This document shows positions 42,333 to 55,347 of a DNA stretch of 64,000 nucleotides, piece after piece; positions within the stretch are counted from its first letter, which is position 1; every line of letters begins with the position of its first letter. Source of the DNA: Rhizophagus irregularis (Eukaryota); the NCBI RefSeq assembly GCF_026210795.1, contig NC_089432.1, positions 2,604,001 to 2,668,000 on the forward strand. The letters are read 5' to 3'. Under the pieces are notes generated by a model. The model did no database searches and was not told where the DNA came from. It was given only the letters and a program-made list of their open reading frames with translations. Position numbers and translations under genes: made by a program.

Positions 42333-42681
42333 TAGTGTTCCGAAGGGGTCGAGTCAGGTCAGGTTTTGAGGTGTATTCGAACTCGACCCGAGTGTAAAAG
42401 TAATGACTTGAATTCGACTTGACCCGATTCAGTTATAATCTGACTCAGATAACCCAGGTTCGACCCGTCAAGTTGTATATAATATAAAAAAATTGAAATT
42501 TTTAGTTAAAAATATAATAAAAAGATTCGGGTCGCTGGGTCAAAGTAAAGGTATAACCCGACTTGACGGGTCGGGTCAAGTTCATGCGGGTTACGGGTCA
42601 TCAAATCGTGCGACCCCAACCCAACCCCTAAATACGAGTCGGGTCAATAACCCGGGTTTGACCTGACCTTTCGGAACACTA
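42333..42681. mobile_element. hAT-type MITE
   Basis: TAGTGTTCCGAA...TTCGGAACACTA ends; 8-bp TSD AATGCAAT/AGTGCAAT; many GACCCG/CGGGTC motifs. Confidence 0.85.
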
Positions 42682-43140
42682 AGTGCAATATAACGTAATA
42701 GGCAAAAAATTACAAAATTTTATTAACACTATCAATGTAATTGATTATAATTATTATAAAAAGAGAGAAAATGGTATCTAAGAATAGAAAAAAAAATGTA
42801 AGAACCTTAAAGTTTGAGAGAAAATGAAAAAATCATTAGTTATTGATGGTAAACTCAATAATCGCCAATAATCTCAAACTTTGGACGAAAGAAGTAAAGA
42901 AACTCAAAACTGTACATAATAATTGACTTATAAGGAAAAGCTGTAAACAAACCTATTAACGCAACTTCTGGCAGGGAATCTTAGAAAAGAATGCGAAACA
43001 TATATTGGGTTTAAAATATTCGGTGAAAATCCACCCCAGCCAAATGATCGACATAGTTTATAAGCTGGATGTTCGTGCGCTAACTTATAGCTTATAAACT
43101 GCCCATGGGCATATGTAGCCCACGGGATCTGATTGGTTCA

Positions 43141-44250
43141 GAATGAGGACAATAATGTCCTCATAATTATGGACTGTGATAGTCCTTTAGTTTAAAAATG
43201 AGGGCAATAATGTCCTCGTAATTATGGACTATGAAGTGCCTTCAATTTAAAAATGAGGACAATAATGTCCTCGTAATTATGGACTATGATATGCCTTCAG
43301 TTTAAAAATGAGGACAATAATGTCCTCGTAATTATGGACAATGACATGCCTTCAGTTTAAAAATGAGGACAGTAATGTCCTCGTAATTATGGACTATGAT
43401 GCGCCTTCAGTTTAAAAATGAGGACAATAATGTCCTAACGTAATTATGGACTATGACAAACCTTCAGTTTAAAAATGAGGACAATAATGTCCTCGTAATT
43501 ATGGACTATGAAGTGCCTTCAATTTAAAAATGAGGACAATAATGTTTTCGTAATTATGGACTATGATATGCCTTCAGTTTAAAAATGAGGACAATAATGT
43601 CCTCGTAATTATGGACAATGACATGCCTTCAGTTTAAAAATGAGGACAATAATGTCCTCATAATTATGGACTATGATGTGCCTTGAGGACAATAATGTCC
43701 TAACGTAATTATGGACTATGACAAACCTTCAGTTTAAAAATGAGGACAATAATGTCCTCGTAATTATGGACTATGATAAACCTTCAGTTTAAAAATTAGG
43801 ACAATAATGTCCTCGTAATTATGGACTATGATGTGCCTTCAGTTCAAAAATGAGGACAATGTCCTCATAATTATGGACTATGATAGACCTTCAGTTTAAA
43901 AATGAGGACAATAATGTCCTAACGTAATTATGGACTATGATAAACCTTCAGTTTAAAAATGAGGACAATAATGTCCTCGTAATCATGGACTATGATGCGC
44001 CTTCAGTTTAAAATGAGGACAATAATGTCCTCATAATTATGGACTATGATGCGCCTTCAGCTTAAAAATGAGGACAATAATGTCCTCATAATTATGGACT
44101 ATGATGCGCCTTCAATTTAAAAATGAGGACAATAATGTCCTCATAATTATGGACTATGGTAGACCCTTCAGTTTAAAAATGAGGACAATAATATTCTCAT
44201 AATTATGGACTATGTTGGGCTTTAGTTTAAAAATTAGGACAATAATGTCC
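43141..44250 (+). repeat. Left subterminal tandem array, about 21 x 55 bp
   Basis: Consensus GAGGACAATAATGTCCTCGTAATTATGGACTATGAnnnnCCTTCAGTTTAAAAAT. Confidence 0.97.
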
Positions 44251-44255
44251 CTATA

Positions 44256-44588
44256 CATCATGGCGGATTTATAGAATACCCAAAAATTTGTCTGTCATGT
44301 CAAATTAAATAAATATTAGATGAGGTATTATTTTAGTCATCAAATTTCTATTTAAGTCCCAAATTTATTAGTGAACAGTCAAAAATGAGTTCTAAAAAAT
44401 TTTTTTGTACCTTAAATCTTGCATCTAACCAATTTTCCCATTATCTAAACAATTATTTCAGTATTAAAGGCACATCATTATTTGACATTTTTTAGGAAAA
44501 AGCTTAATGTTTTGGTAAGTCAATTTTGATTTCTGAGGGCGCAGCAGGATTTTTGCCAAATTTCATAAATCCGCTGCAATAAATGATG
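44256..44588. mobile_element. MITE inserted into the innermost 55-bp unit (second copy at 51741-52006)
   Basis: CATCAT..GCGGATTTAT ... ATAAATCCGC..ATGATG ends. The interrupted repeat unit resumes at 44589 (GACTATGATGGACTTCAGTTTAAAAA). Confidence 0.7.
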
Positions 44589-45326
44589 GACTATGATGGA
44601 CTTCAGTTTAAAAATAAAGGAAAAAATTATATAGTGGAACGGAAAGTTCACTATGACGAGCTTTGACTGTATAACTTTAGTTGCTTATTTAAATTTTTTT
44701 TTACTAGCTAGTACTAGTATTTTTAATTATCCAATCAAAATTATAGTCCAGAGTTTAAGTATTAAATAAGTTGCAAATTCAACTGTAAAGTTCTTTAATT
44801 AATTGCATATGGTTTAATATATTTAATTTCAATTTTTATATAATGATAATATACATGATTTAAAATGTACAATTAGCTTACTGGTATATAATGAATTGGT
44901 CTGTTCTGTTCTGATCCAGTCTGGTTTTAACAAAACTAGTCTTTTAACTAGAACTGGATCAAATCAGCCTTTGAGCCATTTTAAAGATTGTTCTTTAGAC
45001 TGGTATAAAACTGAAATTATTTTGCTATATGTATGTAGCTTTGACTTAATCAGAAAGACAATGAAATTATCAGTCATAACTTAACAGTCATTATTTAATT
45101 ATATCTAATTTGTAATAAACTGATATGAAATTTGAAATATGAAATTTTAATATTATATGATAATGAAATTAAATCATTTTATTGGATGAAAAATTTATAA
45201 CCTTGGATTAAAGACCATAATAACCAGTTCTAGAACTGGGGAAATTATTTTATTACCAACTATAATGCTAACTATTCTACTATTCACTCAAATTATTTAT
45301 CTTAAAATATATGTTATTTAAATTAC

Positions 45327-46743
45327 TTAATATCTTTTCTTATCTTCAGTACTTAAATCAGAATAATTACAGAATAAAACATCTTCAGGCCATCCTATTA
45401 TAGTATATTTAGTTTGGTTATACCAATTTTTATAGGGTATTCTTTCTTTTGTTATCAAATCTATAATTAATTAAGTATAATTATTATTAACTTTCCATTA
45501 TATTTAAAATTATAATTATTACTTACTAAATTTCTCTTGTAAATATTTTCTAACTTTATCACGTGCATTCTTACTATTTGGACATTCTTTATCAATAATA
45601 GATAATTGATCATCTGCACTTTCTATCATAGTTATATCCTCTATATCTTTTTGAAATGTAACTTGTTTAATAATTTCATTTTTAGCTGATACAGAATAAT
45701 ATAAAAAGTTAGTTAATTTTTATAACATTTGTATAAAATAATATTATTATACCTGATTTTTTTAAACAAGAAAAATGATAAAAACTGTTATGAATTTCGT
45801 CTAGTTTTAAGCAGGACTTGTAAAATTCTTCACCAACTGGAGTTCCAAAATAAGAGATGTTCAATTCTTTGCTTAAAGGAATCACAAGTGTCAAAAATTC
45901 TACATCACAGGTAATTTGTAAAGTTCGATACTAGAAATCAAGCATTTAATAATTAATTATATAGAATTTTATATTTTAACTGATAATCTAATAATATATA
46001 TACATACCAATTTTCTAATTTCACAAATTTGTTTATTTAATTCAGCTTTGCGAAGTCTTATACTTTCTATTAATTTTGGTTCTTTATTGAATCTATTTTC
46101 AGATAATTCTTCAGCTCTGTTTTTAAAAGAATTCAATTGTTCTTTATTAAGCAATGCATATTCTTCAGCACATTGTTTTTGAGCTCCTGGAGTAGTAACT
46201 TTAATTTCTAGTAAATATATAATTCTTTTAATAAGTAAATATTTTATGATAAATTAAACCAATAATATTTATAGAACATACTATTTTTTTTGAACCATTC
46301 AGTTTGAAATGTATTCCATGAACTAATACTGCGAGTCTTTTTTGGTGCTGGTTCTCGATTATCTTTCATGATACTCTATAATTTATAAAAAATTTGGTCA
46401 AATCAAAATAAATTATTCTTTGAATTGTATTCAAAATTTTTAACCTTTATAAATGCTAGCTCAAGTTGGCATTCATCAGATAACATTTGGATTTCTGCAT
46501 CATGTTTTTGTTGTAAAGCAATAATCTTTTCATATTTTTCCTGTGTAAGACCTAAATTAAATTAATTAACTTAAATATAAACTGAAAGTATAAAGTATTT
46601 TAATATTTAAAACATTATATTGTAATTACCATCGCCTTTTTCTTTGAAAAGTTGATCACTAAAAGAATCAGATATGAGATATTAATACAAGGTAAATAAT
46701 TTTTAAACAGTATATCAAAAAAACTTTACGTTGAAATATCCAT
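45327..46743 (-). CDS. Transposon-borne HMG-box-like protein, 8 exons, about 300 aa
   Basis: Hand-spliced GT-AG model: MDISTDQLFK...PKKTRSISSWNTFQTEWFKKNKIKVTTPGAQKQCAEEYALLNKEQLNSFKNRAEE...IPYKNW...IIGWPEDVLF. Possible 1-nt frameshift just before the C-terminus. Confidence 0.7.
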
Positions 46744-47049
46744 TATGAGATGGGTGTAAAGAGATTAAATGATCAAAAAGATGAAAAGATTGTGATGAAA
46801 AAAGCATGAAAATGTTATTTTAATTGGCTGTCAGCTATTTTGATCAAGAATTATGATTGGCTAATAATCACCTGAAACAAACAAACAATCATTTGTACAA
46901 TAAATAATGAAAAAAATATGATTCAAAGTTTTGGTGACATACTTTTAATTACTAACTTATCAAATTGCTTCTCTTTACTGAATTTTTAGAAAGCTTACTT
47001 ATTCACTGTTAGGGTATTTAACTCATTACCATTTCTAATATTTTCTCAT

Positions 47050-47830
47050 TTTATTTTTTTAATAATTTTACTATTTTCTGAATTTTTTTGTTTTTATTAT
47101 TTATACTTAACTCCTCTGTTTCTCTATCACTTCTTTTATCCTTCTCTAATCAAGAATCTCCTTATCTTTTAATCCAATTTACCTATGCTTTGAGACTTCT
47201 CAGAACTTACTACTTCTTGACATCTCATTTTCCAAATTTTTTCATATATATACGTCAAATATAAGTCACAACATATCTTCAACATCTTTGAATCATCTAC
47301 TTTACAATGTTTATATTGCCAAATCTTGATGTTAGAAAGTCCACGCATTATCTCATATAGTAAATTCTTAATGTAAATAATCTTGATTTAACATTACTAT
47401 GTTGTAAAGCTTTTCTCTTTCTTTATTATCTTCTGTAATTACATTGACTGCATCTATCCATAAATTAATAGAAGAATCTTGTTACAATGCTACTATATAG
47501 TAGTATGATCCCATGTTTCTGTTTCTTCATTACATCTTATACATTTCTCTGAAGAAGTTCCAAAAACTTTCCTTTGATATAATATTTCATATGTTGGCAA
47601 TGTTTAAAGAAACTTTTTGATCCTAAAAGCTCTAATTTGAGTATCCATCGCATTAGTTGATGATTTTGATACACTTGTTTCATTACGAATTATCATAAAC
47701 AAAATTGGCCAATTGATGTTAACTTATATTAGTTACAAATAGCTGTTCTAATTATTTTAATAACATAATTTCTTTCTTATTGTTAAGACTACTAAGGTCT
47801 TTGGCCCATTTCTATAACAACCTTCCATAT
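47050..47830 (-). mobile_element. Decayed LINE ORF2 C-terminal fragment nested in the KDZ element
   Basis: LPTYEILYQRKVFGTSSEKCIRCNEETETWDH (Cys/His finger region), with many stops. Confidence 0.65.
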
Positions 47831-47899
47831 TTTATTTTTTAAAAAAAAATTTGCACTGCATTTCTTTATTAAACAATACCATAGATATACATATTAACG

Positions 47900-50800
47900 T
47901 CAGAAATACCTAGAGGCATGTGAAAAAGCACATGACCCTATAGCAAACCAGTCTATTTAAATACAAAGAGCATATATAATTATATATACCTGAGCGTGCA
48001 AAAAGAACTAACAACAATATATAATCGATGTCACTCAACCCAAAAGAAACAATACAAAATAAAAAAAGAAAAACAAAAAACTTTCACACATAACATATAT
48101 AAAAACTCTAGACCTAACAGAAAACTAAAATTTAACTAAAGTAAGATTACAAGTAACTTCCATTATACGGAAATGTGTTTAAAACCAAACGAAACTTTCA
48201 TTAGTGACCACTCGCCCAGAATTATCACACCTCTTTTCCAACTTCCATCACCTATAATCCACTTATCCCTTTTTTTTATTTTTTTAATTTTAATAATGCA
48301 TTTATTATCAATTACAAAAAGATTACATAAAAAAATTTTTAAAACACTAAAAAATAATTAAAAATTTTAATTATCTTCTATAACTAAAAGCATTTTATAC
48401 TAAAAAATTTTTTTATACTAATTTATTTTAATACCCCCATGATTTCGTAATTGATATACCTTCCATTATTTCTAATATTGTTTTCTATATTTTTTCTTTA
48501 TCTTTTTCTATATTATCTGCTGTTTTGTATTTTTTCTCGCTTTACCTCCTCCTTTTGCTCTTTTGATCTTTTTTACGTTTCTTTTTCTCACCTTTCTTTA
48601 AATCCTTCTTTTCTTCTATCGCCACTACATCTTTACATCTTTTATCCCATATTTTCAATCTTATATTCTCATAACAAAAACACCACAATTCTTCTATAAT
48701 CATATTGTATTCTTTTTCTTCAAAATAAGATTGAAATTGTTATTATATAATCCTCTAAGCATCTCCCATTCTCTACTAAAACCTAATAAAATTCTTGTAG
48801 GCTTTTCTAATACTTGAACAAAATCCTATTAATATCTCATAATATTGTCGAATCATCAATCTTTTTTTCATCCTCCAACTTTTTATCGAATTCTCTATAA
48901 TTTCTCTTACAGAAAATTCATTACACTCACATTTCCATTAATTATACCAATCTTCTTCTTCCTTATTGCATCTTGGGCAGGTATCATTATCAATCCAAAT
49001 ATTTTCCTTTTAAAAAGTACACTATATGTTAGTAATTCTTTTATCCAATTTTTAATTTTATACGCTCTTTCTTTTGTGTCCTCTTGCGCACATTGCCAAA
49101 ATGTAAATTTGTTCCATTGCTTATAAATTTTAAAGACTTTACCCAATCGAATTTATTTCTGTAATTATAGGAAAATAAATCTTCAATCTTTTTACTATTT
49201 AAAATTTCGTTCTTCCATATCACTTCTGAAACTTTCTTTCGCCATCCCCTTAAATCTCCTAAAATCAAATTATATTTCCAATATAAATTGAATTCGTTGG
49301 TCACTAATCCCCCTTCATTAAAGTCTATCATATATGTTTCATTTTTGCTTTCTTTCATTTGCAATAGAATTTATCCATTTCTTCTTTACATATTTTTATA
49401 TCGTTCGCCTCCTTCTCCGTACACGAAATCGTTCTTATATTCATTTGCGATCAAAACTTTTCTATTACCAATAACTCCATATTGTATTCATTATCTAACC
49501 TTCGTCTTGTACTTAAATTTTCTATAATTCTTTGATAATTCACAAAATTTCCCATCTAAACCTAAAATTAATTCGCTATTACTATTTAATAAAATGATAC
49601 CTATTATCAAACATCTTAATAAAATTTTGTATTCATTCTCAAACAATACTTTAAATTTTCTGTTAAAATTAATCTCATTCTTTGTAACGAATTCTTCATG
49701 TCTTATCTTCCACATTACTAAATATTCAATCGATTTTTTCCCATTTTCCTTAACTTTACTTTTTAGTTTCATAACCTCTATCATTAAAAAATTTACCTTC
49801 CTCCTAAAACTAAAATCGTCTTTCTCTAAAATACTATTCTTTAAAATTCTATCAGATTTTTATTTGTATTAACCAAATTATCTATCATCTCAATTCTTGT
49901 ATTAAATCTTTATTCTTTTTATTCTTCTCTTAAATATTTTTCCACCAGATCATTTATTTTTAATATTTCGGAATGTCTCATAAGGTTTGATATTCCAACC
50001 TTCGTTCCGTTTTCTAATAATCCTACTTTCTTCATTTTAAATAAATTAAACATTCAATTTTACTCTCTTTATTCATATTTTTTTTTACCTATATTCTTTT
50101 TACAACCCTTACATTTAATTAAAGTAGGTGAATCATCTATATTTATATTCTCATTTATCATGATCCAATGTATCCCTATCCTCTTATAATTTTTATTTCT
50201 TGATTTTTTCCTATCTTCTCCAAAGATAGGAAATCCTTTTTCATCATTCCATGTTATTAAATTATTTCTTGACACTTTCTCATTTTCATCAAAAATTTTC
50301 ATATGAATATTATTTCTATCAAAATTTTTATTTTTATATTAAATTTCTCATCTCTTTATTTTCTCTCACTTCGTTTTCTACAATCTTAAACCAATTAGGT
50401 ATTTTACCTCTAAAACTCAAATCATTTCCTATAAAACATGTTTCCACTTCATTATTCTAAATTGATTTGCTTCCAATAATTGTTCTAAAAAGAGAATTTC
50501 TTTCTTTCTTCGTGATAATGCACTTCTTTAAATTTCTGAATCAGGTAATAGATCTATTATCTCTATATTACCACCTTTAATCTTATGCCCTGCATTTTCG
50601 TCTAAAATCTCATGATTGCATAAACTCATGTTTCTGATTTCAACAAGTTAATTGCATCGTTAATCTAACAATTGCGTCCTTTTATTGCTTTACCATTTAT
50701 ATCTCCTATGCACACTGCGGTCCACAATCTCATTTATTCTTGCATTATCTTGATTTTAAATAAAGTACTCAATTTTTCATTACCATTTGCTAAATAAATA

Positions 50801-51170
50801 ACATTCTTACTTAAACTTTCAAGTTGCAGATCGTAAATATTTTTTAACCCATAAAATCTTTCTCATATAAAATCATTTTTTAAAGCTTTCATAATTTGTC
50901 CCCATCAAAATTTTTCCTTCGTTAGAATTTTACTTAGTCATTTACCAGAATTTTCAAAAATAATTTTCTCGCTGTCTCTATTAAAGTAATTGGTTGTATC
51001 AATTTCAAATCTTGATTCCAGTCGGATAAATTAGACCTTTTTTCCATTCTCCTAAAATTACTCCACACTCCATACCCTCATTAATTATTCCTAACAAAAA
51101 CCTTTTGTTAAATTTTTACAATATTTCCAATAGTCATATGGAATCCCACATTCCCACTAATATCTGGAGC
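47900..51170 (-). mobile_element. Second decayed LINE (ORF2 3' half plus 3' UTR) nested in the KDZ element
   Basis: Frameshifted fragments: LFLEQLLE, RGKIPNWFK, GDLRGWRKK, ERAYKIKNWIKELLTY, REWEMLRG. Boundaries approximate. Confidence 0.65.
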
Positions 51171-51740
51171 TTTATTATTTTTTGCGTGCTGGCATCTCTA
51201 TAAAAAAAATAAGAAATTTCAGAAACATTTCTTTAAAACAATTAAATTAAAGAAAAAGCTCTATCTCCTATAAGTGTCTACCTTCTTTGTTTAATGGCAC
51301 CCTTTGAAAAACTTTAAATTTATATTTCATTTATACAGTATTCTCTATTGTCTCATGTTTTATTATACAAGTAAAGATTTTGATTATCTCAAATTTAGCT
51401 ATAATAAATGATGGTACTGGATTATATTATAAATAGTTGATAGAAGCCAGGTGTAGAGTACTGAAATATTTGCAAAGAAATCTTAAAATAAAATTGGAAT
51501 TTTAACAATTTAATTAGCGTTAATTAGGATAATCATTAAAAGCCGAAACCAAATTTACTTTTATACCATGTGAAATCAGACAATCAATACAAAATATGAC
51601 GTAATAAAAGTTATTGGAAAAATCGAAAAATCAGAATTTTTTTATTTGATTATAATAAATATAAAAATAATTATTAAAAGTTTAATATTCAGTTTCATAA
51701 TAAATATATAATATTTATATAACAACTTAATTAAAATTAA

Positions 51741-52006
51741 CATCATGGCAGATTTATGAAATACCCCAAAATTTGTCTGTCATGTCAAATTAATTATATG
51801 TTTGATCACCAAATTTCTATTTAAGTCCCAAATTTATTAGTGAACAGTCAAAAATGAGCTTTAAAAATTTTTTTTTCCAGTGTTAAAGGCGCATCATTAT
51901 TTGACATTTTTTTAGGAAAAATTTCTGTAAGTCAATTTTAATTCCCAAGGGCGCAGCAGGACTTTTTCCAAATTTCATAAATCTTTATAAATCTGCTGCA
52001 ATGATG
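51741..52006. mobile_element. Second copy of the 44256-44588 MITE
   Basis: Collinear, high similarity (AAAATTTGTCTGTCATGTCAAATTAA; AAGTCCCAAATTTATTAGTGAACAGTCAAAAATGAG) with internal deletions. Confidence 0.75.
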
Positions 52007-52427
52007 ATAATCAGTAATATTTATTTCTTGAAAAAATAATCGCAAATGAAGTTAAATTTTTTCGCCTAATATGAAGAATTTTATGCCACAATAAATTTGC
52101 ATCATTTTTGTGATTGATTTAATATATAAATTTGCACAAGAAAATAATTTTTACACAAAAACCCTATAACTATCTTTTTTTATTTAGTAATCATTAATTT
52201 AAATTTGATTGATGATATATTACATTTTATTTTCAATTGACCGTTTATGATTAAATAATCCTTTGTAATTTAAATTGTATTATAGTTACTAATTAAAAAA
52301 AATTCAAATAAAATGTATAGATTTTTTTTTATTATTTTAGCCCCCATTTGATCGGAGTACAAACTATAAATAAGTTTTCTATAATTTTTAACAGGTAATT
52401 AAAGTAATTATTCTATTTTGAGTTACA

Positions 52428-52730
52428 ATCTAAAAATAGTATAGAAAACATTTCAAACATTTTCCCATTACGCGTTTAATTCTAAAAATAGTATAGAAAA
52501 CATTTCAAACATTTTCCCATTACGCGTTTGATTCTAAAAATAGTATTGAAAACATTTTAAACATTTTTCCATTACGCGTTTAATTCTAAAAATAGTAAAA
52601 CATTTTCCCATTACGCGTTTAAGTCATTTAATTCTATAAATAGTATAGAAAACATTTCAAACATTTTCCATTACGCGTTTAATTCTAAAAATAGTAAAAC
52701 ATTTTACCATTACGCGTTTAATTCTAAAAA
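52428..52730 (+). repeat. Tandem repeat, 6 units of 39-60 bp, each containing ACGCGT
   Basis: TTCTAAAAATAGTA...AAACATTTTCCCATTACGCGTTT; ACGCGT at 52470, 52522, 52574, 52613, 52673, 52712. Confidence 0.92.
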
Positions 52731-52819
52731 TAATTAATTACAAATGTACTAGAATAAAATAACATAAACAATCCCTATTTTTCTTTTTTTTAACGTTTAC
52801 GAAATTTTAAACTTTTACA

Positions 52820-54810
52820 ATGTCAAATAATATAAAGGTAAATTGTACTTTTAGTTATTATAGTTAAATAAAATTATTTATAATGTATTTAATATGTTTA
52901 TTTATTTAACTTTAAGGACAATAAAGTTTCATTATCATTATCTGATAATGACAATATAAAAATTTCAGAAGCTTTATCTTTTATTCGTAATAAACTTCAA
53001 GGCCGCCTTAAAAACATTTCTGTCATCAACGATCGTACAGCTGTCGTCATATATGGAAAACATAAAGATAGATTGATGATCGATTTGAAGGATAATAATT
53101 ATTATGAAAATTTAGAAGTAAGATTATTAAAATTAAATTCTTTTTTTTCTCTATAATTTATATTTATATTTTTATATGCATATTAGGAAAAACTCGAAGC
53201 ACTTAAAGCTGAAAATAATAATTTGCTGGTAAATAGTGTTATATATAATACAAATGTGTTTTAATTTTAAAATTTACATTTTATTAAAATTTTATTTAAT
53301 ATATTAAAATTTACTTTAGTCTGAATTGAAGAAGTTTGAAACCCTGGCGCGTTTTGATGGATCATTTTCAACAGTCGTATCATCAGATAATGATAATAAC
53401 GAAACTAGTCTAGTTGATAACATATCTACAACTTCTACTGCATCTAATAATTTGCCATCAATGTCATCCCCGTCTATATCAACTTCTTCTAAACCTTTTA
53501 AATTAGAAGATTATATTACAGTTTTAAATAATGATTTAAATACCGTTAATCAATCAATTGAAGATGATTCTGATGAAATTTGGGAGAAATTAAATTCCAG
53601 ATGCCACAAAAAATTTGGATATAATAACGAAATCAAACAACCTACAAGAGAGGATATAAAATGGGGGGCTGATATTCTACCTATTTATGCAGAATGGAAA
53701 AAACTAAAAGATTTTAAATGTTTAATAGAAAAATGGATCGCTAAAATCAACGAATATATGCAGAAAAATGATATGTTATCGTCGTCCCCAACTTTAATTT
53801 CATCTTCATCTTCGTTCTCAACATTAATTCAACCATCACCATCTTCAACATCAGTTCCATTATCATTTGTCTCTTTAATTAAAGGAAAGAAAGTAAGAGA
53901 TAATGTAAATGAAAGCATAGAAGTTGTAAAAATTAATGTAGATAATAAAAATGAAGTGGACGAAGATGTAGAAATTATGGAGATTGATGTAGAAAATGAC
54001 GATATACAAAATGAAGAAACTGAAGGTATTTCTGTTTTTTATTGAACTAATAAATATAATTATTATTAATTTATATTTATATAATCTATTATATTTCTTA
54101 AATCAATAGATAAAGCAAAAAAAAACCTTGAAGCTAAAGAATTAAAAGAGAAGAAATTCAAAAAATTTGGTGAAAAACTCCGAAAACTAGTTATGGATGA
54201 TCTTCAATCAAATACTCATGATTCACCAGTTCAAAAATTGGCAGATAAAGATATGGTTAATGAATCGGATTTACAAAATAATAATTTAACGCACTCCCTT
54301 AATCTTTTAACTGCTGAACCAATTAAGATTATAGATAAAACAAGTGGTATACAAAGAGTCAAGCAGTGGGCCCTCCAAAAGAACCAAATAGAAAAAATTG
54401 GAATAGCGTTCAATGTATTCAAGTTTTATCATAGGATGTCCTTGATTGATATTTATAATGAAATTAATGTTGTGGCAGAATCAAATTTTCCAAATCAGAA
54501 GGGTAAACAAAGGACATTTGTAAAAGAGATTATTTGTATTCAAGAAGGCATTTCAGAACGTTCAGAACGACGTTTTAAAACAAGTGCAATGAGGTTACAA
54601 CATATCGTTAGTGCAGGAATATCCTTTAATCAGATAATTAAAGTAGGAATGCACGTATCTGATTTTGAATCCACCAACCATTTTTATGAAATATTTATGG
54701 AAGCACTTGATATCAATTCAATAGAAAATTTAAATGAAGGAGTACGACCATTGAATACAAAAATTTTATTTGATAAATTGTCAGCATATGAAATAATGGA
54801 ACTAGATTAA
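52820..54810 (+). CDS. Transposon-borne protein of unknown function, 5 exons, 555 aa
   Basis: Exons 52820-52837, 52917-53117, 53187-53228, 53320-54025 and 54110-54810 are all GT-AG, in phase and stop-free. Ser-rich and acidic linkers; helical C-terminal domain. Confidence 0.8.
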
Positions 54811-55347
54811 TGAGTTTTAGCATTTATTAATTTTTAGTTAAATTTGTATTGTTTTTTTTTTTGAAGTAGGGAATTATTATAAAATCTTTACTAAATATTA
54901 TTAAAATTATTGAAATAAAAGATTCTTAAAGTAATAGTTCAGTATAAATTAAAGTTACCGTGCATTGCTTAAAAGGCCCATTTTAGCTTCTATATTTAAT
55001 ACCGACCCAAAATATCATAATATATAGATTTTTTTTATTTTCTTAAATTAAGAATATTAAACCATTAAACCATTACTATAAGTTGAATGAAATCTTTCGT
55101 ACATTAAATTTGTTTAATACAGCAGGATGTATGTATACACCCGATCTAATTAAATGTTTTAAACCTGGTAAATTGATTTATACCTAAGGTATTAGGCAGT
55201 GTTATAAGGTACTTATGGTAATATCTGCTAATCTGCTTTTATTTTATAAATAGATTTGATCTGCAGCAAGTAGTCTAATTGGCTAATTTAGTTTGATCAA
55301 TCCCGAAAAATTTTTTTTTGTAAATTTATTCTTTTTACATATTTAAT

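Noticed and set aside
43141..44250. CRISPR or guide-RNA array interpretation of the 55-bp hairpin repeats (also 59637-61016)
   Set aside because: The variable part is only about 4-6 nt and is reused among units. There are no unique spacers and no cas or recognisable RNA-guided nuclease gene, and the arrays are continuous with transposon TIRs.
48173..50460. Several plus-strand short ORFs
   Set aside because: Antisense to the decayed minus-strand LINE ORF2.
52820..54810. TET/JBP dioxygenase call for the cargo gene
   Set aside because: Expected from other fungal KDZ elements, but no HxD...H double-stranded beta-helix pattern is recognisable.
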